Shown here: positions 30,244 to 41,099 of the stretch, one piece after another
Layout of the letters: each line of letters starts with the position of its first letter
Position numbering within the stretch: the stretch's first letter is position 1
Origin: Polyangiaceae bacterium
GTDB taxonomy: Bacteria > Myxococcota_A > Polyangia > Polyangiales > Polyangiaceae
Direction of reading: 5' to 3'
Length of the DNA: 64,000 bases
Assembly (NCBI GenBank): GCA_050287085.1
Contig: JBNKBE010000013.1
Span: 113,931-177,930 of the forward strand
Notes under the pieces: generated by a model
Database searches by the model: none
The model's input: the letters and a program-made list of their open reading frames with translations, nothing else
Told to the model about the DNA's origin: nothing
Program-made: the position numbers and the translations under genes

Positions 30244-32343
30244 ATGTCAGAAGAACTCGTACAGAAACTGCTCTATGGGCCCATTGGGGCCGCTGCCGTC
30301 GGCCTGGCCATCGCCCTCTTCTTCTACTCTCGCGTGAAGAGCCAGCCCACAGGTACGGATCTCATGAACAAGATCGCCGCGTACATCGCCGAAGGTGCGA
30401 TGGCGTTCTTGAAAACCCAGTACCGCGTACTTGCGGTGTACATGACCGTAGTCTTCGGACTGCTCAGTTGGCAATTTGGCGTGCTATCCGGGGCCTGTTT
30501 CCTGCTGGGTGCCACACTCAGTCTGCTGGCTGGCTTCGTAGGCATGAAGGCCGCCACCTACGCAAACGTGCGCACCGCGCAAGCAGCCCGAGGCGGTAGC
30601 CGCGCAGCCGCCCTGCTGATAGCGCTGGATGGCGGCGCCGTGATGGGGCTATTCGTGGCAAGCCTGGCCCTCCTAGGACTGGGTGGCTTGTACCTGGTCT
30701 TCAAGGGCGAAAGCGAATTCTCCCACGAGCTGGGCACGGTGCTGCATTCGTTCGCCGTCGGCGCGAGCTCGATAGCCCTCTTCGCCCGCATCGGAGGTGG
30801 CATCTACACCAAAGCGGCCGACGTCGGGGCTGACATCGCGGGCAAAGTCGTGGAGGGTATCCCGGAGGATGACCCCCGAAATCCAGGTGTGATCGCTGAC
30901 AACGTCGGCGACAACGTGGGTGACGTGGCTGGGATGGGCGCCGACATCTACGAGTCGTTGGTAGCTGCCATCGTCGCCGCCATGGCTATCGCCCTCACCG
31001 CCTCGGACGAGGCGCTTCAGGTCTTGATGCCGGGCTCGAAAGACGCACGGCTGATTCGTTTGGTGGGTGTGTCACTGCCCTTGGTCCTGTCCGGACTGGG
31101 ACTTGCCGTATCGATCGTGTCGATCTTTGTCGCCCGCGCAATGCGCAACATGGCGCCAGCCACGGTGTTGCGCGGCTCGCTGATCGTGCCGCCCATCGTT
31201 TTGGTTCTGCTGTGCGCCGTTGTGCTGCCCATGGTGGGAGTGACACAAGGTGTCACGATGGCCCTCGCAGCGGGCGCCTTTGGGGGTGGCATCATTGGCA
31301 TCATCACCGAGCACTACACAGCTTGGAAGCCGGTGGCTCGCGTCGCCGAATCCTCCAAGACCGGACCCGCTACCAACGTGATCAACGGCCTGGCCGTGGG
31401 CATGGAGTCCACCGTGACCGCGCTACTCGTAGTCGCTGGGGTAGGACTCGTATCCAATGCTGCGCTCGCCGACACCCACTTCGGGTTGTACGGCATCGCG
31501 CTTTCCGCAGTGGGCATGTTGGCGGGCACGGCCATCGTCATGACCGTGGACGCCTACGGGCCGATCGCCGACAACGCCGGCGGCATCAGCGAGATGAGTG
31601 GTCTAGGCCCGGAGGTGCGGGCGATCACGGACGAGTTGGACTCAGTCGGCAACACCACTGCGGCCATCGGCAAGGGATTCGCAATCGGGTCGGCAACCCT
31701 GACAGTGATCGCCTTGTTCTCGGCATACAATCTTGAGGTCAATCAGGTCCGTATCGCCAACAACTTGAGCAAGATGGATCTGACCCTCACCGATCCTCGT
31801 ATCTTGATTGGGATCATCATCGGCTCCACCCTACCCTTCGTGGTGGGTGCCTCCACGATGACGGCGGTGGGCAAGGCAGCCGGTAGCATCGTGACAGAGA
31901 TCGGGCGACAGTTCCGCGAGATCAAGGGTCTGCTTGAAGGAGAAGCTGAGCCGGATACCAAGGCCATCGTCGACATCGCCACGACGGCAGCCCTTCGGGA
32001 AATGATTCTACCGGGCCTGGTGGCGGTTGTATCCCCAGTTGTTGTCGGCTTTGTGCTCGGCCCCGACGCACTCGCTGGAACCCTGGCGGGCGCGCTGGCT
32101 TGCGGCGCAACCATGAGTCTCTTCATGGCCAACGCAGGCGGCGCCTGGGACAACGCTAAGAAGCACATCGAGGCTGGAGGAGTCGAAGGTCACCCCAAGG
32201 GCTCCGACACGCACAAAGCCGCAGTCGTCGGCGACACGGTTGGCGATCCTTTCAAAGATACGTCTGGACCGGGCGTCGCGATCTTGATCAAGGTGATGAG
32301 CGTGGTGGCGCTACTGATCGCCCCTCTGGTGGCACTCGGCTAG
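30244..32343 (+). CDS. hppA: Membrane-bound cation-translocating pyrophosphatase, K+-dependent (probably Na+-PPase)
   Basis: [58 protein letters not shown]. Confidence 0.96.
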   Translation: MSEELVQKLLYGPIGAAAVGLAIALFFYSRVKSQPTGTDLMNKIAAYIAEGAMAFLKTQYRVLAVYMTVVFGLLSWQFGVLSGACFLLGATLSLLAGFVGMKAATYANVRTAQAARGGSRAAALLIALDGGAVMGLFVASLALLGLGGLYLVFKGESEFSHELGTVLHSFAVGASSIALFARIGGGIYTKAADVGADIAGKVVEGIPEDDPRNPGVIADNVGDNVGDVAGMGADIYESLVAAIVAAMAIALTASDEALQVLMPGSKDARLIRLVGVSLPLVLSGLGLAVSIVSIFVARAMRNMAPATVLRGSLIVPPIVLVLLCAVVLPMVGVTQGVTMALAAGAFGGGIIGIITEHYTAWKPVARVAESSKTGPATNVINGLAVGMESTVTALLVVAGVGLVSNAALADTHFGLYGIALSAVGMLAGTAIVMTVDAYGPIADNAGGISEMSGLGPEVRAITDELDSVGNTTAAIGKGFAIGSATLTVIALFSAYNLEVNQVRIANNLSKMDLTLTDPRILIGIIIGSTLPFVVGASTMTAVGKAAGSIVTEIGRQFREIKGLLEGEAEPDTKAIVDIATTAALREMILPGLVAVVSPVVVGFVLGPDALAGTLAGALACGATMSLFMANAGGAWDNAKKHIEAGGVEGHPKGSDTHKAAVVGDTVGDPFKDTSGPGVAILIKVMSVVALLIAPLVALG

Positions 32344-32364
32344 CGCTGAAAAGAGGAGCGCGGC

Positions 32365-33408
32365 GTGGCGCCTGGTGAAGAATCAACGCCCAGCATTCAG
32401 GAAGAGCTGAATGCTGGGCTGAACTTTGACCAGATTGCCAGCGAGTTCCTACGTGCCTTGCGCGGCAAGCGCTCACAGGCCGCATTCTGTCGCCGGCTCG
32501 GTTACAAGAGCAATGTCGCCTACACCTGGGAGTCGGGACGCGGGTTTCCGACGGCGGCTCGTACTTTCGAGATCGCAAGCCTGCTGGGCCTGGATATACG
32601 CGCAGGCCTGACGCGCTTCTACCAACTCCCTCCGCCGTGGGTGGATGAACTCCCCCTGACTAGTCGAGACGGCGTCGCTACTTTGCTGAGCGACTTGCGC
32701 GGCAAAACAAGCATAGTTGAGCTAGCCGGCTACAGCGGCAAGACCCGCTTTGCCGTAGCTCGCTGGTTGAAGGGTGAAGCGGAGCCGCGACTGAACGAGT
32801 TTTTTCAACTCGTCGAGTGCGCTTCGCTTCGCCTCGTCGACTTCATCGAAAGCTTTGTCGATCCCCGTAGTGTGCCTTCAATTCGGGCGCGGTGGGAAAG
32901 CATGACCATCGCAAGGCGACTCGCCTACGACGCCCCGTGGACCCAAGCGGTGCTGCGCGCCCTCGAACTGAAGAGCTATCGCGACCAGGGCGCTCCGCCC
33001 AGCGGCTGGTTGGCGAGACAAGTCGGTCTCCCGGCGGAGGAAGAACCACGATGCCTTGAGCTACTTCACCAAGCAGGTCAGATCGTTCCCGACGGCAATC
33101 ACTGGCGCCCAGTCGAGGTCATGGCGCTCGACGTCCGCCGCAATCCGGAAGCAGCGGTACTGCTACGTGGCTTCTGGGGACGAGTCGCCGCTGAACGTTG
33201 CGAGCGGGGTACGCGCGGCACCATGTACACGCTCTGCGGCGTGTCGTCAGAAGATCTGGAGCGCCTTCGGGCCCTCGAAAAGGCCTACTTCAACGAAGTC
33301 CGCGCCATCATCGCCCAATCCGCTCCGGTTCAGCACGTGGTGCTATCGTTGGTGTCGGTGGTCGATCTCGGTGAAAGCCAAGCGGAGGTCGCCAAGCTTC
33401 AACCCTAG
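32365..33408 (+). CDS. XRE-HTH plus DUF4423-like putative transcriptional regulator
   Basis: Two HTH-like repeats (LRGKRSQAAFCRRLG..WESG; LRGKTSIVELAG..RWLKG) and a winged-helix-like C-terminus. Confidence 0.75.
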   Translation: MAPGEESTPSIQEELNAGLNFDQIASEFLRALRGKRSQAAFCRRLGYKSNVAYTWESGRGFPTAARTFEIASLLGLDIRAGLTRFYQLPPPWVDELPLTSRDGVATLLSDLRGKTSIVELAGYSGKTRFAVARWLKGEAEPRLNEFFQLVECASLRLVDFIESFVDPRSVPSIRARWESMTIARRLAYDAPWTQAVLRALELKSYRDQGAPPSGWLARQVGLPAEEEPRCLELLHQAGQIVPDGNHWRPVEVMALDVRRNPEAAVLLRGFWGRVAAERCERGTRGTMYTLCGVSSEDLERLRALEKAYFNEVRAIIAQSAPVQHVVLSLVSVVDLGESQAEVAKLQP

Positions 33409-33468
33409 CTGGGGCGCAAGAGCCAGTTCGGGTGGGAGAAACATCGGACTGAGACGCAACTTGGCAAG

Positions 33469-35604
33469 CTAGGCAGCCGTTGCCCCGTCCGGCTCGACGC
33501 CGTCCTTGGGTGCAGATGCCAGCTGCGCCGACTCAGCGTCGAGCGGATAGTTGATCCACTTGGCGCGCGCGTCGTTGAGAATACGAAACGCTTCTTCCGA
33601 CGACGATGACGCCACCCATCGGTCCTTGAGCTCGCGTGTCAGCATAAACAGACGTGCGAACGCAGCCAATGCCGCGAGGTGCCGCGTGGCCTCCTGCTCA
33701 GGCGTACACAATAACACCACGCACTGAATTCGTCCGCCGTCGGGCGCCCCGAAGTCCCACCCTCGCCGCGACAGCGCAATGACCCCGCGGATAAACGGGG
33801 AGCTCTCGACCCGTGCATGAGGCACCATCAGGCCGTGCCCCATACAGGTACTGGCCTCGTGCTCCCGCCGAGTTGCCGATGCAATGACGTAGTGGGCGTC
33901 CAACTCCGGATGGATGCGCGCCAGGTGCTGCCCCAACATTTCGATGGCTTGGAAACGCCCCGTGAGCGCTGGTTCGATCAGAATGCAACTTGGGGTAATG
34001 AAGTCGAGTAGCTTGACCTCCTGCTGCAAGGGCTGGCTGTGTTCTTCCGGCGTCGGATCAAGAACGTTGCCCGCATGGTAACGGTGGCGCAACTTATTCC
34101 ATTCGACTCTCACCGGACTACGTGCGCGAGTCCGTTCAGCTTCCCACTTCTCCAATAGGTCCAGGCAGGCGTGGTCAATGAACTGAAGCTTCTCAACGTG
34201 AAGATGCACTTCGTGTGTAGCTGGAAGCGACTCCAATAGCGAAGCTAGCCGCGGCAGGCGCACGAAGGACGCCGTCCCTTCCAGATAGACGTGAACCCGC
34301 TGGAGGGCGTCATCGTAAACAACGCGAGTCGTAAGGTGGTGAAAGTGAAGCCCCTGAGAGAACACTACCTTGCCAATCGCTAGCCCGAGACCGACTACAA
34401 TCCCCGTCAGCAGATCGACCACGACGATTGTCACCAGCGTGGAAGCGAAAATGGCCAGCTCGCTGCGACCGTACCAACGCAAGGCGCGCAAAGGACGCGT
34501 TCTCACCAAGCGATAGCCAACGAATACTAGCAGTCCGGCCAGACACGACTGAGGAATGATCCCCAGCATTTCGGGAGCCAGAAGGCACAGTAGGCCAAGC
34601 CACACTCCAACCAGCATGGCCGACGCGGGCGAGGTAGCACCAGCGGCGACGTTCGCTGAGCTGCGGGTGATGACTCCGGTCGTGGGGAGAGCTCCCAATG
34701 CACCACATAGCGCATTGCCGACCCCCTGTGCCAATAGCTCGCGGTCGTAGTTCGCTCGCGGTCCCTCGTGCATCGCGTCAATCGCCGTTGTGCACAAGAG
34801 CGTTTCCGCGCTCGCGACGAAAGCCAACGCCAACGCGGAAAGCAAGACGGCGGGAGATGCCAACAACGCCAAGTCCTCCCACGACGGGGGCGCCATCGCA
34901 GCAAGTAGGTTGTCGCCGACCTGGACCCGCTTGATCGGAACATCGATCCACCACGCCAAGGCCGTCCCCGACACCACCGCAGCGAGCGGCGCAGGCACGA
35001 GCCTCAAGAGACGGAATCGAGCGCGACTGACCCCGACAAACACCGCCAGGGTGAAGGTGCCGACCAGCGCCGCCCACTGATGCGACGAGCCATCCATCGC
35101 CAGGACGCCTTTCACAACAGCCTGCGGCAACGTGACCAGATTCGCCCAGCCGCTGCCCTTGGAGGTATCGTCCACCATCACGTGGAATTGACCCGAGAAG
35201 AGTAAGACTCCAATCCCCGCCAACATGCCGTCCACCACCGCTGGCACTACCGCGCGAAAGACCTGGCCCAAACGTGCGATGCCGAGCACGAGTTGCAGCG
35301 CGCCCATGAGCAGAACCACCACCGGCAGGACGCTCAGCCCGTGTCCCTGGACCACCTCCAGCACCATGATGGCCGAACCAGCCGATGGTCCGCTAATCTG
35401 CAACCGGCTGCCGGTCAGACTGCCGACCACCAAGCCGCCCACGATGGCTGTAAGCAATCCGCGCTCCGGCGCAACCCCACTGACGCTCGCAATCCCCATC
35501 GACAGTGGCAAGGAGATCAGAAACACCACAAGCGACGGAGCCAGGTTGGCACGCCACTGCAGCCCCTCCCGCAGGCGTCGTATCGGCGGCTGTCCAAAAA
35601 CCAC
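33469..35604 (-). CDS. SulP-family anion permease fused to a C-terminal PTS EIIA domain
   Basis: VVFLISLPLSMGIA, QISGP, RELLAQGVGN, TGVITRSSAN; STAS-like FIDHAC; REHEAST..GHGLMVPHAR. Confidence 0.9.
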   Translation of the reverse strand: MVFGQPPIRRLREGLQWRANLAPSLVVFLISLPLSMGIASVSGVAPERGLLTAIVGGLVVGSLTGSRLQISGPSAGSAIMVLEVVQGHGLSVLPVVVLLMGALQLVLGIARLGQVFRAVVPAVVDGMLAGIGVLLFSGQFHVMVDDTSKGSGWANLVTLPQAVVKGVLAMDGSSHQWAALVGTFTLAVFVGVSRARFRLLRLVPAPLAAVVSGTALAWWIDVPIKRVQVGDNLLAAMAPPSWEDLALLASPAVLLSALALAFVASAETLLCTTAIDAMHEGPRANYDRELLAQGVGNALCGALGALPTTGVITRSSANVAAGATSPASAMLVGVWLGLLCLLAPEMLGIIPQSCLAGLLVFVGYRLVRTRPLRALRWYGRSELAIFASTLVTIVVVDLLTGIVVGLGLAIGKVVFSQGLHFHHLTTRVVYDDALQRVHVYLEGTASFVRLPRLASLLESLPATHEVHLHVEKLQFIDHACLDLLEKWEAERTRARSPVRVEWNKLRHRYHAGNVLDPTPEEHSQPLQQEVKLLDFITPSCILIEPALTGRFQAIEMLGQHLARIHPELDAHYVIASATRREHEASTCMGHGLMVPHARVESSPFIRGVIALSRRGWDFGAPDGGRIQCVVLLCTPEQEATRHLAALAAFARLFMLTRELKDRWVASSSSEEAFRILNDARAKWINYPLDAESAQLASAPKDGVEPDGATAA

Positions 35605-35742
35605 GGAACCCGTAGCCTAGCCCGCACGGCGCTCCGGAGCCAGTACTGCCGCAGCGCGTCAACGCTGTGGAAGGACAATTTCTCGCACGGCAATCCCGAA
35701 CGTAGGGCATCGCGGTCCGATGCTTGCATGCGGCCACCGGCC

Positions 35743-35830
35743 CCCCGAAACCGAATCCCCTCCCACCGGCCGAACCCCAAAGCGTGGGGAGCGAGCAAGC
35801 TCCCTCCCCCCTCCTCCGCTCAAAGCTTGG
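35743..35830 (-). repeat. REP/BIME-like dispersed element, copy 2 (40-bp internal deletion)
   Basis: Colinear with 16238-16280 plus 16321-16365. Confidence 0.75.
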
Positions 35831-35880
35831 GCCGCGCCCGCAGCGGTGCCTTTCTCCGGGTGATTTGATATAGAAGGGCG

Positions 35881-36837
35881 ATGAAGAACCTTTCTGGAGT
35901 GCGCTTGGGCGTCGACCTAGGCGGGAGCAAGATCCTGGCGGCGTTGCTCCGCGACGGAAAAGTCATCGCGAGCGCCAAGAAGGCCACCAAAGCCGAAAAG
36001 GGGTACGACGGTGTCCTGACGCGGATCGTAGACGTTATCAAGGAGGCTTGTGACGCGGCAGGCATCAAGCCGAAACACCTGGGAGCCCTTGGTATTGGTG
36101 TCCCGGGCCCGGTTTCGGGAAACCGCCTGCTCCAAGCTCCGAATCTCGGCTTTGGGGGGGAAAACCTGGCCAAGGACCTCGCCAAGGCATCCGGTATCGC
36201 ACGCGTCTACTTGGGCAACGACGTCAACTGCGGCGCCCTGGGTGAGGCGACCCTGGGCGCTGGAAAGGGAGGCCACTCAGTATTTGCACTGTTCGCCGGA
36301 ACCGGACTCGGCGGTGGGTGGGTCCTCGGTGGCCGCGTGCACGAAGGAGCCAGCGGCTTTGCCGGTGAAGTGGGTCATATGGTTGTGCCGGGCCTGGCTG
36401 CACCTTGCTCCTGTGGACAATTCGGATGCCTTGAGACGGTCGCGTCCAAGAAGGGATTCTCGAGGCAGTTCGAAGAAGCGCTCAATGCGGGCCAGCCGTG
36501 CATGGTGACCCCCGCCCGCGGCTTCAAATCGCGACAGTTGGAAGAAGCTTTCCTAGCCGGATGTCCCACGACGCTTGCCGCCGTGGAGCAAATGGCCAAG
36601 TACCTCGCCTGGGCCATGGACACTCTGGCCTGCGCCATCAACCCCGACATATTCGTACTCGGCGGCGGCATCGGCGAACGGCTCGGCGAGTCGCTGCTGG
36701 AACGGATGGAGCCCTATCGCCGTGGTTCGGTCTTCATACAAGCCCATGGCGACTACGCCGTGCGCGTGGGCACCCTCGGCGGCACAGCGGTGGCAATCGG
36801 CGCCGCTCAACTTCAGGGCTCTCAGCTTGGCGACTAA
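35881..36837 (+). CDS. ROK-family sugar kinase (glucokinase-like)
   Basis: GVDLGGSK, GIGVPG, NDVN..ALGE, GTGLGGG, GEVGH, CSCGQFGCLE. Confidence 0.92.
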   Translation: MKNLSGVRLGVDLGGSKILAALLRDGKVIASAKKATKAEKGYDGVLTRIVDVIKEACDAAGIKPKHLGALGIGVPGPVSGNRLLQAPNLGFGGENLAKDLAKASGIARVYLGNDVNCGALGEATLGAGKGGHSVFALFAGTGLGGGWVLGGRVHEGASGFAGEVGHMVVPGLAAPCSCGQFGCLETVASKKGFSRQFEEALNAGQPCMVTPARGFKSRQLEEAFLAGCPTTLAAVEQMAKYLAWAMDTLACAINPDIFVLGGGIGERLGESLLERMEPYRRGSVFIQAHGDYAVRVGTLGGTAVAIGAAQLQGSQLGD

Positions 36838-36966
36838 GAGCCTGCGGAAGACCGCAAACGCGCCACTCAGCGGCCGCCCGTGGACCCTGGACCCTCCCGG
36901 CGTAGGGGGAGCGTTCACCTTCCAGCCCCCCCAACCCGGCCGTCGCGAGTGTCGGAGGTACGGCTC

Positions 36967-38517
36967 ATGACGGCCGCGTCCCGAGTGGTCGCCGCAGTGG
37001 ACCTCGGTTCCACCTCGGTGCGATGTTCCATCGCCCAGCTCTCTGCAAAAAACGACTGGGACCTGCTGGAGCACGCCGAATACCCCCTGAACTTGCTGCC
37101 TGCGATTGCGCGTCGCCGACTCACCCGCTCGGAGTTCGACGCCCTGCACGTCGCCTGCCGTGAGCTTCTGCTGCTCGTGAAGAGCTATGGGGTCTCCGCC
37201 GTCCGCTACGTTGCAAGTCCATCTTTACGAGAAATCGTAAATATCGACGTCGCGCTCGAACGCGTCGATCTACTCCACAACATCAACGTTGAGATCTTGG
37301 ATGGTGCAGAGGAGGGCCGACTCTACCATCAAGCCCTCAGCGTGTTGATGGAGCGTCGTGGGACGTGTCCAGCCGGCAACATACTGCTCATGGACATCGG
37401 TAGCTCAACGAGTTCCGTTTCATGGATGAGCGAAGGCAGCATCATGGAAACGCTGGAGGAACACGTCGGGACGGAACGCGTCAGCTTCAAGTTCGATCAA
37501 CACGAGGACAGCACCGTGCTGCCCACCAGTCTCGATCGCCTGGCCCTCGGCGCAAGCCGGGTGATGATGAACCGGCTCCGCCGTCCACGCCAGGGTAACC
37601 CGAGTATAGACCAGCTCCTGATCACTGGACGCGGTCCGCGAGCACTCGCGCGCCTGCTGGGTGCCACAACCACAACCGGGGTCTTCCCTTCCCTGACCCG
37701 CGCCAGCCTGGACGACACCTTTGAACACCTTCTGTGCCTCGACCCGCTGGAGAGAAGAGCCTGGGCAAAACCCACCGGCATGACGAGCACTGGACTGCTG
37801 AGCGCGCTGACGCTCATGCGACAGTTGGCAGCCGCAACGGAAGCAAGCCATGTCCAGATCCCCGAGCTGGAGTTGTGTGATGGCTTGATCGCCGACTTTT
37901 TGCCTGAAGCCTACGGTCCACATAGACTGCCGGGAGATCAGCTGCGCGCGGCGGCCACGGAAATCGCCCTCCGCTACGGGATGAGCGAGCAATACGCGCT
38001 CAACACGGCGTCACTGGCGGCCCAGCTCTTTGACGCATCTCAGCCACTGCACCACCTCGGGGAACGCGAGCGGCTGCTGCTGGAGCTGGCCGCGCTCATG
38101 CACGACGTCGGCGCACACATCAACGTCCGCTCACGCCACAAGCACTCGTATTACATGCTCAAGAATCTGGAGCTCAGCGGCCTGACGTCTCGCGAACGGG
38201 ACATCATCGCCCACGTCGCCCGCTATCATCGAGGCAAGGCCCCCCAGGGTTCTCACGTCGAGTTTGCCCGCCTGGACCGCGCAGCGCGCATGCTCGTCAG
38301 CGTTCTGGCCGCGATCCTGCGGGTCGCCTACGCGCTCGACGTCGAGCGCTCACAACGCATCACGCGTCTCAGCTGCAAGATCGTCAAGAACGACCTCCGC
38401 ATCGCCGTCGATTCGAGCGACGTGGCGCTAGAGCGATGGTCGATGGAGCGACGCGGAGGGCTGTTCAAAAGCGTCTTCGGTCTCAACGTCTCCATCGTCA
38501 CTGAAAACGCCGTCTAG
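36967..38517 (+). CDS. ppx: Ppx/GppA-family protein with C-terminal HD domain (catalytic motifs degenerate)
   Basis: DLGSTSVR, ILDGAEEG, DIG, MHDVG..HKHSYY, RYHR; adjacent to ppk1; GGAGG before ATG 36967. Confidence 0.85.
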   Translation: MTAASRVVAAVDLGSTSVRCSIAQLSAKNDWDLLEHAEYPLNLLPAIARRRLTRSEFDALHVACRELLLLVKSYGVSAVRYVASPSLREIVNIDVALERVDLLHNINVEILDGAEEGRLYHQALSVLMERRGTCPAGNILLMDIGSSTSSVSWMSEGSIMETLEEHVGTERVSFKFDQHEDSTVLPTSLDRLALGASRVMMNRLRRPRQGNPSIDQLLITGRGPRALARLLGATTTTGVFPSLTRASLDDTFEHLLCLDPLERRAWAKPTGMTSTGLLSALTLMRQLAAATEASHVQIPELELCDGLIADFLPEAYGPHRLPGDQLRAAATEIALRYGMSEQYALNTASLAAQLFDASQPLHHLGERERLLLELAALMHDVGAHINVRSRHKHSYYMLKNLELSGLTSRERDIIAHVARYHRGKAPQGSHVEFARLDRAARMLVSVLAAILRVAYALDVERSQRITRLSCKIVKNDLRIAVDSSDVALERWSMERRGGLFKSVFGLNVSIVTENAV

Positions 38518-38690
38518 GAACCCGCAGTCAAGCAACGACGGCACGATTCGCGAACTCTTGTCGCTTGTAGTAGTACAGAAAGACGACTGCAGGAGCGCGG
38601 GCGTTCAGCCTCAATGAGGCCCAGCTCGTGCCCTCCAGAGCGTGCCCGCCCACAGCCCATACTCGTGACCGCAGGACAGGAAACGACACC

Positions 38691-40904
38691 GTGTCTCAAC
38701 CCGCTCCGCCAAAAGAACCCGCCGCCAGCAGTAGACCACCGGCTAGCCAGCAAAGCCGAAGCGCTGCGCCTTCGTCGGATAGCTCCGACAGGACCACAAA
38801 GGGACCATCGGAACGGGCCCGGTCTGTGCCACCACATGCCCGCACCTTTCATCGTGAGCTGTCGTGGCTGCGGTTCAATGAAAGGGTCCTCGAAGAAGCA
38901 CAAGACACGCGTCTTCCTGCCGCCGAACGGGCTCGCTTCTTGTCCATTGCCTCGTCCAATCTGGACGAGTTCGTCATGGTTCGCTTTCCTACACTCTTCG
39001 ATGGCAGTGACGCTGCGGTGGTGGGCAGCTCGGGCCTGACACGAAGCGGAGCATTGGCGGCGGTTCGACGCAATCTGCGCCGGCACGTAGCCGACATATA
39101 CAACACCTACGATCGGCTGCTGCCAACCCTCGAAGCACTGGGCGTCCAGCTGGTCCCCCGCGACGCATGGTCTACCGCGGAAAGCCGACGCGTCGAATTC
39201 TACTTCCAGAGAAGCCTCGAATTGATCCTGACGCCCCTGGCCGTGGATCCAGCTCACCCATTTCCCCTGCTGGCCAATCTGCGTCTCTATCTGGCGCTGG
39301 AGCTGCAGACCGAAGGGAGTCAAGAGACATCATTTGCCTTGGTCGGCGTTCCGTCGACGGAGCCCAGATTGTTCGCCCTCTCCGAAGGTCGTTATGCGCT
39401 GCTTGAAGACGCGGTGGGACACGCGGTCGCCGACCTATTCCCTGGGTCCGCGGTGTTGTCTTCCGCACCGCTGCGCGTCACCCGTGACGGGTCTATCGAC
39501 ATCGATGAAGACCAGACGACCGATCTCCTCGTTGAGATCGAGGAAGGTCTACGCCATCGCGGTCGTGGCGCCGTGGTTCGTCTTGAGGTCGCCGCTTGCA
39601 TGTCCGCGCGAATGCGTGCCTGGCTGATCTCCAACATCGGTCTGGACGAGCAGGATGTTCTGGAGATCTCGGGACCGATCGATCCCGGTTTCCTCGGCGC
39701 CGCTTCCAGTTTGACCCCTGCCCTCTCGGAAGCTCAGTTCTCCCCCCATCGCCCAGCATCCTGTCCCGCGCCCTGGGACGATCCTTTCAGCTCCCTGCGT
39801 GAGCGCTCCCTGCTTCTGCACCACCCTTACGATTCGTTTGAACCGGTTGTGCACTTTGTCGAGAAGGCGGCACGAGATCCCCAGGTCGTCGCCATCAAGC
39901 AGACGCTCTACCGCGTATCCGGCGATTCTCCCATCGTTCAAGCGCTGATCGAAGCCGCGCGTAGCGGCAAGCAAGTGACGGTCTTGTGCGAGTTGAAAGC
40001 TCGCTTCGATGAAAGCCGCAATATCGGCTGGGCGCGACGCCTGGAGCGAGCCGGCGCCCACGTGCTCTACGGCGTCATTGGGTACAAGGTGCATGCAAAG
40101 CTACTGCTGATCGTTCGCCACGATGAGGACGGCGTGCGACGCTATGTTCACCTGGGTACGGGCAACTACAACGACACTACGGCACGCTTCTACGAAGATC
40201 TCTCGTACTTCACGGCCAACGAGGCCGTGTGCCGCGACGTTGGGCGGCTCTTCAACATGCTCACTGGATTCTCCCGCCCGCCGGCATGGGAACGCTTGGT
40301 GGTAGCCCCGCTGACGTTCCGTTCCACCATTGAAGCCTGGATCGAACGAGAAGTAGAACACGCTCGCAAAGGACGCGTCGCCCGCATCTTCTGCAAGTGC
40401 AATAGTCTTGTGGACACCGAAGTCTGCGAACGGCTGTATGCGGCGAGTCAGGCTGGCGTGCAGATCGATCTCGTCATCCGCGGCGTGTGCATACTGCGTC
40501 CGGGGGTGCCCGGACTATCCGACAACATCCGCGTACGCTCCGTCGTGGGGCGGTTCCTGGAACACAGCCGGATCTACCGCTTCGAGAACCGGGGTTCGCC
40601 GACGTATCTCTTCGGCTCCGGTGATTGGATGACGCGCAATTTCGACTGGCGCGTAGAGAGCCTAGCGCAGCTCTTGGAACCGGAGTTCCAAGGCTACCTC
40701 GACCACGTGATCGAAGGCTACTTGAGCGACTGCCGCAACACTCGAGTGTTGCAAGCAGATGGGACGTATCGCCACCTGGGCATGGCCTGCGACGAGGTCG
40801 GCATTCAGAACCTTCTCATCGCCGAACGTCATGAAGAGCGGCGCCCCACAAGCGGCGGTGAAACGCTCACCGCGTTCCGTCCCGCGCGCGCGCCAAGCGC
40901 TTGA
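38691..40904 (+). CDS. ppk1: Polyphosphate kinase 1
   Basis: RELSWLRFNERVL, SSNLDEFVMVR, AHPFP, HHPYDSF, KQTLYR, ELKARFDE, KVHAK, GTGNYN, RFLEHSR. Confidence 0.97.
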   Translation: MSQPAPPKEPAASSRPPASQQSRSAAPSSDSSDRTTKGPSERARSVPPHARTFHRELSWLRFNERVLEEAQDTRLPAAERARFLSIASSNLDEFVMVRFPTLFDGSDAAVVGSSGLTRSGALAAVRRNLRRHVADIYNTYDRLLPTLEALGVQLVPRDAWSTAESRRVEFYFQRSLELILTPLAVDPAHPFPLLANLRLYLALELQTEGSQETSFALVGVPSTEPRLFALSEGRYALLEDAVGHAVADLFPGSAVLSSAPLRVTRDGSIDIDEDQTTDLLVEIEEGLRHRGRGAVVRLEVAACMSARMRAWLISNIGLDEQDVLEISGPIDPGFLGAASSLTPALSEAQFSPHRPASCPAPWDDPFSSLRERSLLLHHPYDSFEPVVHFVEKAARDPQVVAIKQTLYRVSGDSPIVQALIEAARSGKQVTVLCELKARFDESRNIGWARRLERAGAHVLYGVIGYKVHAKLLLIVRHDEDGVRRYVHLGTGNYNDTTARFYEDLSYFTANEAVCRDVGRLFNMLTGFSRPPAWERLVVAPLTFRSTIEAWIEREVEHARKGRVARIFCKCNSLVDTEVCERLYAASQAGVQIDLVIRGVCILRPGVPGLSDNIRVRSVVGRFLEHSRIYRFENRGSPTYLFGSGDWMTRNFDWRVESLAQLLEPEFQGYLDHVIEGYLSDCRNTRVLQADGTYRHLGMACDEVGIQNLLIAERHEERRPTSGGETLTAFRPARAPSA

Positions 40905-41099
40905 ACCCGCTGCGCGACCGTATCTCCAGGTACTGCAACGGCTCACTTTGCAGCCTGACGGCAAGCTTCCGTGCAACGGCGTACGAGCGTAAGGGTGTCG
41001 GTAGCGAAGGCAAGGTAACGCCCCATAAAAGTACGGCACAAACACAACGCCCAGCGAGGCAAGAGAGCTTCGCGCCAAAAGATCCCACATGATAGTGGG

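Noticed and set aside
38539..38556. Sigma-54 site upstream of ppk1 (also 13167-13185)
   Set aside because: GGCACG is present but the -12 GC is missing or mis-spaced
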